DNA of 64,000 nt from Octopus vulgaris (GCA_951406725.2 OX597827.1:14818001-14882000); one strand, 5' to 3'; shown: positions 1 to 14,174, counted from the first letter of the stretch. Notes: a model not told the origin generated them from the letters alone. Made by a program: numbers and translations.

Positions 1-103
1 AGATCTGACTGGCCTGGTGCAGCCTTCGGGCTTCCCAGACCCCAGTTGAACCGTCCAACCCTTGCTAGCATGGAAAGCGGACGTTAAACGATGATGATGA
101 TGT
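1..103 (+). mobile_element. 3' tail of RTE-type LINE or derived element
   Basis: gctagcatggaaagcggacgttaaac followed by (gat)n, same tail as RTE copies elsewhere in the window. Confidence 0.8.
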
Positions 104-312
104 TTGATAATGGCAATTGATGTAACACCTGAGAGTATGAAATGTGGTGATAAGTCTCTTACACCCTTTGGTATCCAAGTCCTCATACGAATTATGCTAT
201 AGGTATCACTCAGCATGTTATATCAATGCTCTGAATTATACCTGCAGGATAATTCTTGCAGAGAGCTGACTGTTGGTGAAGCACCGCCAATGATGAGAGT
301 TCATAAGGTACT

Positions 313-1765
313 CATCTTCATCATCATCATCATCGTCATTTAACATCTGTTTTCCATGCTGGCATAGGTTGGACAGTTTGACTGAGGTCTGGAGAGCCAG
401 CAGCTGTGCCAGACTCCAATCTGATCTAGCAATGTTTCTATAGCTGGATGCCCTTCCTAATGTCAACCACTCTGAGAATGTAGCGGATGCTTTTTATGTG
501 CCACTGGCACAAGCAGGAGCCAGTCAGGCAGGCCTGGCATCAACTAAGTTCAGATGGTGTTTTTTATGTGTCACTGGCATGGGAGCCAGTCAGCTATGAT
601 ATTGGCCACAGCTATGATATTGGCTTTACTCAACTCAGCAGGTTTTATCATGTACATTATACCGCCCGACGCATCAGGGGTACTCTTAACTGGTCTGGAC
701 ATGCATGGCAGCAATCTCACTTTAGATGCTATGTCTTCTCAATCACAGCATATCTCCAAAGGTCCTGGTCTCCTATCATTGCCTCTCTGATGCCCAATGT
801 TCGAAGGTCATGCTTCACCACCTCATCCCGTGTCTTCCTGGGTCTACCTCTTCCACGGGTTCCTTTCACAGTTAGGGAGTGGCACTTCCTCACACAGTTG
901 TCCTCGTCCATACATAACACATGACCATACCAGTGCAGCATCTCTTTTGCACACCACATTTGATGCTTCTTATGCCCAACTTTTCTCTCAGGGCACTTAC
1001 ATTCTGTCGTGTATGCACACTGACATTACACATCCAGTGGATCATACTAGCTTCCTTTCTTTCAAGCCTATGTATGTCCTCAGCATTCATGGACCATTCT
1101 TTCACTGCTGTGTAGCATGGCAGTTCACACACACGCATCATACAGTCTACCTTTCATCCTGAGTGAGAGGTCCTTAGTTGCCAGCAGAGGTAGGAGCTCC
1201 CTGAACTTTGCCCAGGCTATTCTTATTGTAGCTGCTACACTCTCAGAGCAACCACCCCCACTACAGACTTGATCACCTAGGTAGTTTCTTCCTTTGGCAT
1301 GTGATGGAATCTGTTTCCTGTACATCTTCATTGTTTATTGCCCCCATGAATCTGCCACACACGCAAACTATTTTCCCGGTTAAACTTCCTTTGATATTAC
1401 TGCACCTTTTATGTGTCCATAGCTTACACCAGGTACATTGTATGGAGTTTCTACCCATGCCTTTTCTACAGATTGAGCAGGGCCATCTACCTGAAGGGGA
1501 TTCTGGTTTGGCAGCCTTTCTACTTACTAAGACTTTGGTTTTTGCTAGGTTGACCCTAAGGTCCTTCAATTCTAGACCTTGCTTCCACACCCTAAACTTC
1601 GTCTCTAGTTCTGGCAGTGACTTGGCTATTAGGGCAAGGTCATCAGCATAGAGGAGCTCCCAGGTCCAGCCTGTCTTGAATTTCTCTGTTATTGCTTGGA
1701 GGACTATAATGAAAAGAGGGGACTGAGGACTGATCCTTCATGAACCCCTACTTCTACTCAGAATG
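313..1765 (-). mobile_element. 5'-truncated, degenerate RTE-clade LINE (RT C-terminal half, 3' UTR, (GAT)n tail)
   Basis: Minus-strand peptides WELLYADDLAL, AWAKFRELLPLL, HWYGHVLCMDED...GRGRPRKT are typical of RTE ORF2; frameshifts and stops present. Confidence 0.9.
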
Positions 1766-1823
1766 TTGCTGTTGTGAGTGGTGATGGTGGTGGCGGTGGT
1801 CGTGGTGGTGACAGCGGTTATTG

Positions 1824-1855
<32 letters not shown>

Positions 1856-2350
1856 GGTGGTGGTAGTGATGGTGGTGTTGCTGCTGCTGCTGTAGTTACT
1901 GAAGCTCTTGTTACAACTATGATTGCTGTTATTAATTTTTACTTTGTTAGATTTTACTTTTGATGTTGTTGTTGTTGTTGCACATTATTTTTGTTATTAC
2001 TGCAACCGGTGGTGTTACCAATGCTGCTGTGTTTAGGGTTACTACTACTACTACTTCTACTTCTGCAGTATGCTACCAATACTACTACTACTACAAGCCA
2101 CAACTACTATTACTACTACTATTATTACTACTACTACTACTACTACAAGCCACTACCACTACTGCTACAGCCCACCACCACCACCATCACTACTACTATT
2201 ACTTCTACTATTACGACTACCACTACTACTACTTCTACTACTACTACTACTACTACTACTGCAGTATGCTAGCAATACTACTATTACAAGCGACTACCAC
2301 TGCTACTACAATCCACCACTATCACTACTACTACTCCTACTACTATTGTA
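1765..2350. repeat. Compound trinucleotide microsatellite (GGT/GTT/CTA/CAC)
   Basis: Direct inspection. Confidence 0.9.
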
Positions 2351-2429
2351 TGTGTGAGGTTTTTTGAGGAAGTCTGATAGTTGCCTATGAACACAAGTTT
2401 CCCCTATCTATATCACTAATGTTTATTCA

Positions 2430-2705
2430 AGGGGACGGCTTCCAAACATGGGTCGATTCAACTTTGGAACCAGTGTTGTTACAGGTGTTGCTGTCAGGTA
2501 GCAAAGAGCTGGAACAAGGCATCTTACAAGACATCTTGCTCAACTCTCAAAAAGTTCAGCCAATCCAATGATCTGGATTGGCACATTTTACCAACTGCGA
2601 AAGCTTGCTTGGTACGGTCAAATATCCTGCCACAACTCCCTGTCTGAAACCATTCTTCAGGGCACAGTTGGGAGAGGATGAAAGAGAGGCAGATGAAGAA
2701 AATCC
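2430..2705 (+). mobile_element. Degenerate RTE LINE ORF2 C-terminal fragment
   Basis: Reads HNSLSETILQGTVG then a degenerate G-x-x-R-G-R-x-R-K motif, resembling the RTE TILQGTVEGGRRRGRQRK motif. Confidence 0.6.
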
Positions 2706-3496
2706 TGCCTAGGTCAACTTTGCCTGCCATTCTTTCATCATCATCATTATCATTAAGATCCCTTAACTGATGCAACCAAGCATTGGGATGCCTCTGTAGA
2801 TGCTTTTATAGTGTCAACCTTTGCCACTGGTCTCTGTTCTCTGTCATGGGTAGCAAGGTCATTGTGCTGTGACCTGTCCAGTTCTTGATGCTGTCAAACC
2901 CCTCTGTTTGGTATCTGTTCTAACTTCCTCCTCTGTTATTGTCTGGAGGACTATAATGAAAAGAGGGGACTGAGGACTGATCCTTCATGAACCCCTACTT
3001 CGACTCAGAATGTTGCTGTCGTTGTTATTGTAGATGGTGATGGTGGTGGCAGTGGTGGTCGTGGTGGTCGTGGCAGTGGTGGCGGTGGTGGCAGTGGTGG
3101 CAGTGGTGGTGGCAGCAACATACCACCAGGAATCAAACTTACAACAACCTTATGATCATGAGCTGAACACACTAATCTCTAAACTACACACCTTCATTGT
3201 ATGTTTACTTAAATGACATGGAAACCAGGTAACAGGCCTTGTAAGTCCATGGGCTTAAGAAAAATATAATTTTAAAAAATGAACCAATTTACTTTAAGAT
3301 GATATACCTATCTTTTTACTGTATAATTTTGCTTACCTGCATCTTTCTACCTGTGCCATAGTTCTATTTTAACCTTCTTCATAATAACTCATCTAAGTCC
3401 ACCCATGACTCTATGATACAAAGTTACCATTTTAAAGTAATGTAAATTAAAACATTCCATCAAAATTTCTGTTTAATTTATGTACTGAACTCCAAC

Positions 3497-3831
3497 ATAA
3501 TGGCGAACCACATGTTTCCAGGTTCAGTCCCAGTGCGTGGCACCTCAGGCAAGTGTCTTCTACTAAAGCCTCGGGCCGACCAAAGCCTTGTGAGTGGATT
3601 TGGTAGACGGAAACTGAAAGAAGCCCGTCGTATGTATGTATATGTGTGTGTGTGTGTGTGTGTTTGTCCCCCCAACATCGCTTGACAACTGATGCTGGTG
3701 TGTTTGCGTCCCTGTAACTTAGCAGTTCAGCAAAAGTGAACGATAGAATAAGTCCTGGGGTCGATTTGCTCGACTAAAGGTGGTGCTCCAGCATGGCCAC
3801 TGTCAAATAACTGAAACAAGTAAAAGAGTAA
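3497..3831 (+). mobile_element. SINE family A copy (tRNA-derived, internal TA/TG microsatellite, (gtaaaaga)n tail)
   Basis: Shared blocks ccacatggttccgggttcagtcccactgcgtggc, gtgagtggatttggtagacggaaactgaaagaag and ccagcatggccgcagtcaaatgactgaaacaagtaaaaga recur many times in the window. Confidence 0.88.
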
Positions 3832-4429
3832 TTAATTGAAACATGCACAAGCAGTGCATTCCAACAGCAGTAAGACATCTTTTATGCATTCCTCCAATAC
3901 ACCAAACCCCTGCCTTACAAGCTTCGCTTCAACTTCCCCAATATCACTCACATACACCATCAAATTTGTATCACATGAAATGTTTTTTCTCCTTATAATA
4001 ATAACAAAAAAATAAGCCCATTCTTTAAGCCATGGCTCCACTACATGCTAGATGAATAAAATGCGATCATTATCCCTTGCAATATCTATAACCATTATGG
4101 ACTTAACATCTCTGATTTATATTCTACTGGAAGATAAATTTCTATTCATAATAAAGCTTTCACTAAATTATAAATTTATCTAAACATATTAATGGGCTAC
4201 TCTAAAGAGAGCAAAAAATATATACATTTTGCCAGTTACGTATTTCTCCTAAATCTAATCCATAATTTTGTTGCCATTATTTTTTTTAATATATTCCAGA
4301 GTTTAATCTTTCATTAAGTGCTAGGATAATGTTGATATTAATATGGCTGTCTGTTAAGATGATTTGCCATGATAGCCAATTATGGCATCAGTGTATTGTG
4401 CAAATGATGCTTAATTCCACCCAACTTAC

Positions 4430-4537
4430 TTCTGGGAGCTTTATTGCTGTAGTTGAGGCTTTCCATTCATTTTGTGGTTCAAGGACAAAGTAAAACTGAT
4501 TTGATGATGACTCTGTTATGGCAGCTGGAGTGTTAGT
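4430..4537 (-). CDS. Internal coding exon D (TNTPAAITESSSNQFYFVLEPQNEWKASTTAIKLPE)
   Basis: Acceptor gtatttttcag|, donor GAA|gtaagt; 108 nt, phase 0-0; shares the motif; absent from the ORF track. Confidence 0.88.
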
Positions 4538-5748
4538 CTGAAAAATACATGGAAGTTACATGAAATTGCAATGGAATACAGCAAAGTCTTTGGGTTTGGG
4601 TTTGGCTAGTGATATAATTAACAGATTAAAGCTGAACGACACAGCTTGAAACCATTCATTTTCGTGTAGCATCTCAGTTGTTGAAAGTGACTAGTGGAAA
4701 ATTATCCTTTAAGTGAAATAGCCTTAAGTGTTTTGGAGGGGAGTAGAAATTGCTTCAGATACCAAATATCAGATTAAATTAAAGACTTTAGAATAAAGCA
4801 ATTTTAAAAAAATAATAATTAGTAGTATTCTATGCCAAATAACTTAGTCATAATTTTTACCAAGATTAGTAGGGTACAAACAGATACAGGACCAAATTTA
4901 GACTAATAAATCTAATTTCAAAAATTAATTCTAGCTAGCAACAAAAATAGGAATTATATTGGGCAATTAATATAATTATTATTTATTTTTTAAAAATCTT
5001 TATATATTAGAGACTTGACAAAGATGCTGATATTTACAGCAATCATGAATCAGAAAGGGCAAAATAAATTTTGTCTCTGACAAAATTTCAAAATTTTTCA
5101 TTTACATCATGTATACCGTTTATGCTAAGGTAGAAATAAAAAAAAAAAAAAGAAGTAAATAGATAAAATACTCCGTAAAATAATAAAACTATATCTGGTA
5201 TCGGTTGATTATCTTAAATTTTACAGACTGAAATAATATTCTGGACGACTAGAAGAAGAAGCATTCCGCAGAAGTCGGAATTTTCTTCAAACTGAAATAT
5301 TAGTTGTTGATGACTGATACAACAAAAGGCAGAGCCTCGTTGTGGTTGTTTGTTTTCCATTTAATTGTTACAACCATTATCAGCAGCTGGCATGTATTCC
5401 AGACCAAACTGCTGCTACGCTTCAAGGATTACTCTGCTGTTACTTCCACTCTGCACTGTTTCCCATTCAAGCTGCAGCAGCTGCTGCTGCTCTTGCTGCT
5501 GTTGTTGCTGCTGCTGCTGCCACTGCTGTTGATTCTGATAATAACCAAGGCAGCTACTACTGTCACACAGAAATGAAGGGATAGCTACTGCACAACAGAG
5601 AGAAGAAATAGCAATTTTACTAGCTTGTTCGATATCTTTTATTTCACGGTATCATTTGTTCAATTATCAACATCAACTGAATTCAATGATTTATCCATCA
5701 AGTTAAATTTTTTCAAATAAATTCTTGGTTTTTGCCAACCAAATATTA

Positions 5749-6008
<260 letters not shown>

Positions 6009-6409
6009 TTTTTATCATGAAATGAGATGCATGACAAGCAAAGACTGTGACAAGATTATAGATAATCCATAGAAACATCTAAATGTTTTCTGGAAACTAC
6101 ATCATTTTCATTCTGTAGAAATATCTGCAAAGAAAGTTTGCTAATTCAGCTGTCGAAAAATAAATGAATGTTTCTGTAGACACAAACATAATGATCTGAA
6201 AATGAATTTCTCTGGAATATTTCCGAACAGCTTCATCTCAAAATTCTACACTGAAAAATATCCCTGCAAATCAAGATAGAGAGAGAGAGAGAGAAAAAAA
6301 CAGCTTCCATAGCTTTTATAATAGAATTATTGAATAAATATACTTTTAACCCACATCTGATAGCGCTTATTTGTTTGGGATAGAATTTTAGAGAGAAAGC
6401 AGGACTTAC

Positions 6410-6541
6410 CGGTTTAGGTGGTGGTGGTTTGAATGTGGTGGTTGAAGCTTTCCACTCATTTTGTGGTTCAAGGACAAAGTAAAACTGACTTGACGCGTCA
6501 GCCATAAGAGGGTTTCCGAATATGTCTGCAGAGCTGTAATT
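6410..6541 (-). CDS. Internal coding exon C (NYSSADIFGNPLMADASSQFYFVLEPQNEWKASTTTFKPPPPKP)
   Basis: Acceptor ttcttttccattccttag|, donor CCG|gtaagt; 132 nt, phase 0-0; shares the FYFVLEPQNEWKASTT motif. Confidence 0.9.
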
Positions 6542-6914
6542 CTAAGGAATGGAAAAGAAATGAGGGTGTTTTAGAGGAGCAAGATGGACAAAGAATTATG
6601 GTTTTATATCATAGCAGAAACACACAAACATAGGACATATACACACACATATCATTATATATATATATATATATATACATACACACAGAATTGTTTATGT
6701 ATAGAAATAAATATATATATGTATAAATATATATATATATACATATGTATTATATATATGTGTGTATATATATATATACATGTATGTATCTATACATATA
6801 TATTTATACATACATACATTTATATATATATATATATATTATAACTGTTTTGATCTATACATGTAAATCCCAATTAATGTATTGAGTGCCCTTCTCTCCT
6901 TTTTCTACTCACTC

Positions 6915-6953
<39 letters not shown>

Positions 6954-7025
6954 TATATATATATAAATATATGCATATATATGCATATATAAATATATAC
7001 ATATATACACAAGAAAATTTGCGTG

Positions 7026-7063
<38 letters not shown>

Positions 7064-7100
7064 TGTGTATGAATACACACACACACATATACATGCAGAG

Positions 7101-7180
<80 letters not shown>

Positions 7181-7317
7181 GGATAGATAGATAGAATACA
7201 GATGTGGAGAAAACATACATGGTAAACAACAATCAGTGCATAGAAAGCAATCAATGTAAACAGAACACAATAAAACAAATCACAGCCATGAATAACAGAG
7301 TAACAATAAGCAAGTGC

Positions 7318-7346
7318 ATATCATCATCATCATCATTATCATTATC

Positions 7347-7420
<74 letters not shown>

Positions 7421-7552
7421 CATTATTATTATTATTATTATTATCATCATCATCATTATTATTATCATTATTATTATTACTATTACTATTATTATGATTA
7501 TTATCATCATCATTATTATTATGACTATTATTATCATTATTATTATTATGAC

Positions 7553-7597
<45 letters not shown>

Positions 7598-7602
7598 CAT
7601 CA

Positions 7603-7690
<88 letters not shown>

Positions 7691-7769
7691 CATCATCATC
7701 ATTATTATTATCATCATCATTATTATTATCACTATTATTATTACTATTACTATTATTATGATTATTATG

Positions 7770-7807
<38 letters not shown>

Positions 7808-7820
7808 CATTATTATAATT
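7318..7820. repeat. About 500-bp (ATT/ATC)n microsatellite
   Basis: Direct inspection; source of poly-Ile pseudo-ORFs. Confidence 0.95.
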
Positions 7821-9249
7821 ATGAGGCTGCTAGTATTGGTAACAAAACTATATACCTTGAGTAAAAATAATAAGAATATTGAACAAAAGCATAGTACTGA
7901 ACACCAAAAAAAAAAAAAAAAATCTAATCAACACTGGACTATGACCTTCAGAGGCCACGCATTTTAATGTATTTAATATGCATATTGTAGAGGCAAAACA
8001 GCCGAACAAACAGATAAAGTATTGGACTGACAGGACTACTGCTAGCTTCTCGGTGCAGAGTTGTTGTGCTCTATAGTGTTGTTATTATTTAGCCCCAGGT
8101 CGATTCCAATTGAGCAAAGCCTATGATCATATGCATTTTAGCTGTGACCATCCCAACATATGTAGGATTATCATTATCTAATGTGTTCTCTTCTTACATA
8201 AAACGATAGGGTTTGATTCAATGGAGATATGGTTGTTATTAATCTGGTTGAATGACCACATAGAAGCTCGCTTGATAGCTCGTATCTTCCACAGTTGTTT
8301 TATTATGTCTCAGGACAGGGCACTGAAGAATTCTTGTTATGCTTGCTTCGGTTTTACTTGCTTCGGTTATGCTTGCTTCAGTTGGGGATTACATGCAAGA
8401 CTGTATCGGAATATTACTTCTCCCAGCATGGCATCTTATCTAGGGAGAGACTCAGCTCTCATTCACTTAATGTTATGGAGCCTAGAGTAATAATAATCAC
8501 TACATATTTTAAATATTCACGTCAGTACACAGTGAAATTGGTGACTCCAATTCAGATAGAATAACAGTAATAAAATTGTTGATAATTTAAATTTTTTTTT
8601 TAATAAAGACCAAAGAAGAAAATTTAACGACTTATTGATGCATAATAATAATTATTTCTAAAATTAAATAAATGAAAAAAAAACATTATTTATTTTTCAC
8701 AGGTTACATTATTCTGTCACAGCCTCAAAATGTAGATATTATCATATAATCGAATACAACATTTGAACATATTTACTCATATGCACTAAGACTCAATATG
8801 TAAATATGCTAGGTCACTAAACTAAATAAGCTGACATAGGTCATTACACTCAGTTTGTAGGCATGATAGCTCATGAAGCAGAACAAGCAAACATGCTACA
8901 ACACAAGGAACCACCATATGTAGGTTTCCTAGGCCGTCAAACCCAATTATAATATTTAAACTCATTAGGTTGTTAAATTCAGGCTGTAGATATTCTTTTA
9001 TTCTTCTTCTGTTCATCCGTTATTCTATTCTTTTAGTGGACGACAATCATTGGACGGTAACCATGCTGGAGCACTGCGCTTATGAAGGCTTTTGAGTTAA
9101 TCATAGTGACACCTGTACTTCTTTCTGCCTGGTACTTGTTTTATCAATCTCTACCTATCAAACAGCTAAGTTTGCTTTTGACATATTGTTTTACATTAAC
9201 AAACACACACATACATATATTCATAGCAATATACATATATATATATATA

Positions 9250-9630
9250 TATATGTCTGATTATATGTATATATGTATATAGATATATGTATTTATGTTT
9301 GTGTGTGTATGTGTAGTACATATATGCATATATACACATGTATGTGTATGTATCCATCTGTCTATATATATATATATAGTGCTGATTATATGTACATATG
9401 TATATAGATATATGTATTTATGTTTGTGTGTGTATGTGTAGTACATATATGCATATATACACATGTATGTATATGTATCCATCTGTCTACACACACACAC
9501 ACATATATATATATATGTCTGATTATATGCATATATGTATATAGATATATGTATTTATGTTTGTGTGTGTATGTGTAGTACATATATGCATATATATACA
9601 TGTATGTATATGTATCCATCTGTCTATATA
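9250..9630. repeat. Tandem repeat, about 3 copies of a ~130-bp TA/TG-rich unit
   Basis: Unit ctgattatatg...gtgtagtacatatatgc...gtatccatctgtcta recurs near 9257, 9383 and 9519. Confidence 0.85.
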
Positions 9631-9926
9631 TATATATACATACACATACATACAGATAGATAGATAGATAGATAGATAACCAGTGAGTTTCCGCATAGTT
9701 TTGTCTGCCAAAATCCCACTCACAAGGCATTGTTTGAACCAAGGCAACAGTAAAATGCTCATCATTTCCAGAGGCATCAAACTCAGAACCATGTAGTTGC
9801 AAATCCATCCTCTTAACCAAACAGGTGTTCCTGTACCTTTATATTTGATTAGCAAATATAAAATTCAGGTATGTAAAGTAATCAAACCCCCTAGATGTAG
9901 ATATTTGCAAATATTCTGTCTTATAT

Positions 9927-10335
9927 ACTCTTTACTCTTTTACTTGTTTCAGTCATGCTGGAGCACCGCCTTTAGTCGAGCAAATCGACCCTGGGACTTA
10001 TTTTTTGTAAGCCCAGTACTTATTCTATTGGTGTCTTTTGCCAAACCGCTAGGTGACGGGGACGTAAACACACCAGCATCGGTTGTCAAGCAATGCTAGG
10101 GGGACAAACACAGATACACAAACATACACACACACATACACACATATATATATATGTATATATACATATATACGACAGGCTTCTTTCAGTTTCCATCTAC
10201 CAAATCCACTCACAAGGCATTGGTCGGCCCGAGGCTATAGCAGAAGACACTTGCTCAAGATGCCATGCAGTGGGACTGAATCCGGAACCATGTGGTTGGT
10301 TAGCAAGCTACTTACCACACAGCCACTCCTGCGCA
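9927..10335 (-). mobile_element. SINE family A, near full length
   Basis: Reverse complement of the family A blocks. Confidence 0.9.
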
Positions 10336-10580
10336 TATGTTAATATGTGGACATATTAACATATTAAGCATAACATTTAAATATTCTTAGATATTTTAGG
10401 TTGTCAAAATAAACAGATTTATGTATCAGTCCATTGTATTTGATAATAGTATATGTTAGAACAGAGATGGAGAATCTTATAATGTTGGAAGGTTGCACTG
10501 AAGTTAATTGCCATCTGAGGAATCCAAGCTTATTGTTTTACAAAATTTAAGTATTCATAAAAATTTTAACAAAATGCTAA

Positions 10581-10930
10581 AACACCTTGGGCAAGTGTCT
10601 TCTACTATAGCCTCGGGCCGACCAAAGCCTTGTGAGTGGATTTGGTAGACGGAAACTGAAAGAAGCTCGTCGTAATATGTATGTATGTATGTATATATAT
10701 GCGTGTGTGTGTTTGTGTGTCTGTGTTTGTACCCCTAGCATTGCTTGACAACCGATGCTGGTGTGTTTACGTCCCCGTTACTTAGCGGTTCGGCAAAAGA
10801 GACCGATAGAATAAGTACTGGGCTTACAAAGAATAAATCCCGGGGTTGAGATGCTTGACTAAAAGGCGGTGCTCCAGCATGGCCGCAGTCAAATGACTGA
10901 AACAAGTAAAAGAGTAAAAGGAAAGAGTAA
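10581..10930 (+). mobile_element. SINE family A, 5'-truncated
   Basis: Family A blocks and tail. Confidence 0.9.
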
Positions 10931-11249
10931 TAGTTTTGGAATAAGAATCAACACTGGACTTTTCTTCAGATTCTTATCTTAAATATATTTGCAATAACTT
11001 GAACCATTTTGATACCAACCAGTCTGAGCCCACCCCTGTTCTGTGATAGAAACTTTCTAATTTAAAGTGGTTTAAATTAAAATCTTCCCTCAAAATTTCT
11101 TGTTAATTTAAGTAAAAAGTACCAACTTAATAATGACAAAATCATTTTATTAAACTTTTCGTTATTTTAAAAATTAATTGTAACATTAGTAATGTATTAT
11201 AGCAAAAGGGTTAAATTAGTAATTAGTAGTGAAGATAATGAAAGCTATA

Positions 11250-11620
11250 TGGTAAAAATTTTGCTTCTCAACAACATTGTTCTGGGTTCAGTCCTACCGT
11301 GTTGCACCTTGGACAAGTACCTTCTGCAGTCTCAGGCTGATCAAAGCCTTGTGAGTGGATTTGGTAGATGGAAACTGAAAGAAGCTTGTTGTGTGTATAT
11401 GTATGTCTGCCTGTGTGTCTCCCCACCCCCACTGCTTGACAACAGGTGTTAGTGTGTTTACATCCATGTGACTTAGCAGTTCAGCAAAAGAGATGGACAG
11501 ATTAAGTACCAGGCTTTAAGAAATGGATAAGTACTGGAATCAGTTCATTTGACAAAAAATTCAAGATGGTGCCTCAGCATGGCTGCAGTCTAATGATGAA
11601 AACAAGCAACAGATAAAGAA
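11250..11620 (+). mobile_element. SINE family A, diverged copy
   Basis: Degenerate family A blocks. Confidence 0.75.
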
Positions 11621-11867
11621 CAAGACATTTCTGATCACTTAGATAAACTTAGATATGTTTCGACTAAAGATTGATCCAAGCCATGTCTAACTTAATAGCA
11701 CCCCCTGATAGGATTATCTAAATCCTGTTTAAGTCAAGTTTTGTTTATGGTCCATTCAAGTAGTGAGTTCTTGTTGAGTGAGTTGTATCCAGGTATGGGT
11801 GGCTTATCCAATTGTATCCAGGTATGGGTGGCTTGTTTACAGTTTGATGAAAAGATGATGATGATGA

Positions 11868-12118
11868 TCATCATCATCTTCATTTAACGTCCGTTTTCCA
11901 CGCTAGCATGGGTTGGACGGTTCAACTAAGGTCTGGAAGCCATGGAGGCTGCACCAGGCTCCAGTCTGATTTGGCAGTGTTTCTACAGCTGGATGCCTTT
12001 CCTAATGCCAACCACTCTGTGAGTGTAGTGGTGTTTTTTACATGCCACTCCGGCACAGGGGCCAGAGCAGGCTGGCAAACGGCCACAATCGGTTGGTGCT
12101 TTTAACATATCACCAACA
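11868..12118 (-). mobile_element. RTE 3' UTR/tail fragment
   Basis: (cat)n then ttaacgtccgttttccacgctagcatgggttggacgg. Confidence 0.8.
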
Positions 12119-12199
12119 CAGATAAACCAACAACTCTGTATTCTCGTGAAATGATTTCCTCACAAACATACTTCTTTCAGAGGGTTGCATTTAGCCCTC

Positions 12200-12437
12200 A
12201 AGCCGTTTTTAGGCCTGACGCCCAGGTGCGACCTGCAATCGCGGCTTCGGTTGCATGTATTAGCTCTAGAATTGCCACAGTTATCCACTCTCCTCGCGGT
12301 GGAAGAATACGGTCCTGAGGATTAGGTCCGGTTCCTGAGCCATTCGCGGTTTCACCATTCGTTTACAGCATGAACTTACACTTGCATGGCTTAAGCTTTG
12401 AGACAAGCATATGACTACTGGCAGGATCAACCAGATA
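12200..12437 (-). pseudogene. Dispersed 5' fragment of 18S rRNA
   Basis: Minus strand reads TATCTGGTTGATCCTGCCAGTAGTCATATGCTTGTCTCAAAG...GGATAACTGTGGCAATTCTAGAGCTAATACATGCA, the conserved eukaryotic SSU 5' end; truncated after about 230 nt, 3' boundary approximate. Confidence 0.93.
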
Positions 12438-12496
12438 TCATCAAGATAACACCAATATATTTGCTTCATCAGAATACAATGTTTGTTATCACACCT

Positions 12497-12688
12497 TGCA
12501 GGCATGGCTGTGAGATAAGAAGTTTGCTTCCCAACCACATGGTTCTAGGTTCAGTTCCAGTGAGTGGCACCTTGGGCAAGTGTCTTCTACTGTAGCCACA
12601 GGCTGACCAAAACTTTGTGAGTGGATTTGGTAGCAGGAAACTGAAAGAAGTTCATTATGTGTGTGTTTGTGTTTGTGTGTGCGAGTGT

Positions 12689-12720
<32 letters not shown>

Positions 12721-12925
12721 CTGTGTTTGTCCCCCTCTACCACTTGGCAACCAGTGTTGGTTTGTTTTCATCCCCATAACTTAGCAGTTCAGCCAAAGAG
12801 ACCGATAGAATATGTATCAGGCTTTAAAAAAAAGTGTACTACGATCGATTCATTCAACAAAATATTCTTCCTGGCAGTGCCCCAGCATGGCTGTAGTCTA
12901 ATGGTTGAAACAAGTAAAGAAAAGG
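12497..12925 (+). mobile_element. SINE family A, diverged copy
   Basis: Family A blocks. Confidence 0.8.
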
Positions 12926-13204
12926 ATTTTGTTTTCACAGCTGAAATTCCCTAAAGATATGCCTTTCAAAATTTATAAATTTTTAGTCATCAGTCTTTGC
13001 TTAGTCATTTGGTTGAGAAATTCAATCTGTGACCACATTATTCCAGTTTCAATCCCACTACGCTGAAAGAAACCTTGAACAAGAATCTTCTATCGTAGCC
13101 TAAGTTTGGCCGATATTTTATGAATGGAATTTGTTCAACAGATAAATGGAAACTGTGTGAAAGCCCCCTGCATATTTCTTAATTTATTTTTCAATCTATT
13201 TGTC

Positions 13205-13333
<129 letters not shown>

Positions 13334-13388
13334 TAAATAGATACATACATACATATTTACTCACTCACACACACATACATATATATAT

Positions 13389-13445
<57 letters not shown>

Positions 13446-13617
13446 TAAATTAAATATATTTATAAATATAAATTAAAAATTTTGAATTTAAATAATTTAA
13501 ATTTAAAATTTTATATTTTATATATTTTGTATATTATATTAATTATATTTATTTTTATGTTTTGGTTTATGTTTTTCACTGTTTGATTTGCATAATAGTG
13601 GTTTTATCTCTAATTTA

Positions 13618-13663
<46 letters not shown>

Positions 13664-13729
13664 GTATATGTATATGTATATACTTATATATATATGTATA
13701 TATGTATGTATATATATATGTCTCTCTCT

Positions 13730-13762
<33 letters not shown>

Positions 13763-14113
13763 GTGATAGACAGATATAGTGGGATATTTGTGTGTCCGTG
13801 TGTCCCTATTCATGTTTGCAGCTAGTGTAAACAACCATGTTGAGTTGCACTCCTTTATGTAAAAAAAAAAAATAAATAAATAAGGTAGCATAAGTAACAT
13901 TTGACAAACAGACATCAATAAAATGAGTCCCAGACTAAATCTGGTACTCGGGGCAGATGTGGTAGGGTCAAGGTCAACAAAGTACTCTGAAAAATTCCTT
14001 GAAGGCATTGCCCCAGCATGGCCTGTGTAAAAGAGTAAAAGACTAGCTGAAGTATTGATGGGTGCATTATTATTATCATTATTACTATTATGATTGTTTG
14101 TTGTTGTTGTTGG

Positions 14114-14174
<61 letters not shown>

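Noticed and set aside
3832-4041. 69-aa non-repetitive ORF MEPWLKEWAYFF...
   Set aside because: No recognisable domain or splice sites, in-frame stop just upstream; perhaps a decayed transposon
7280-7967. Poly-Ile ORFs
   Set aside because: Translation of (ATT)n
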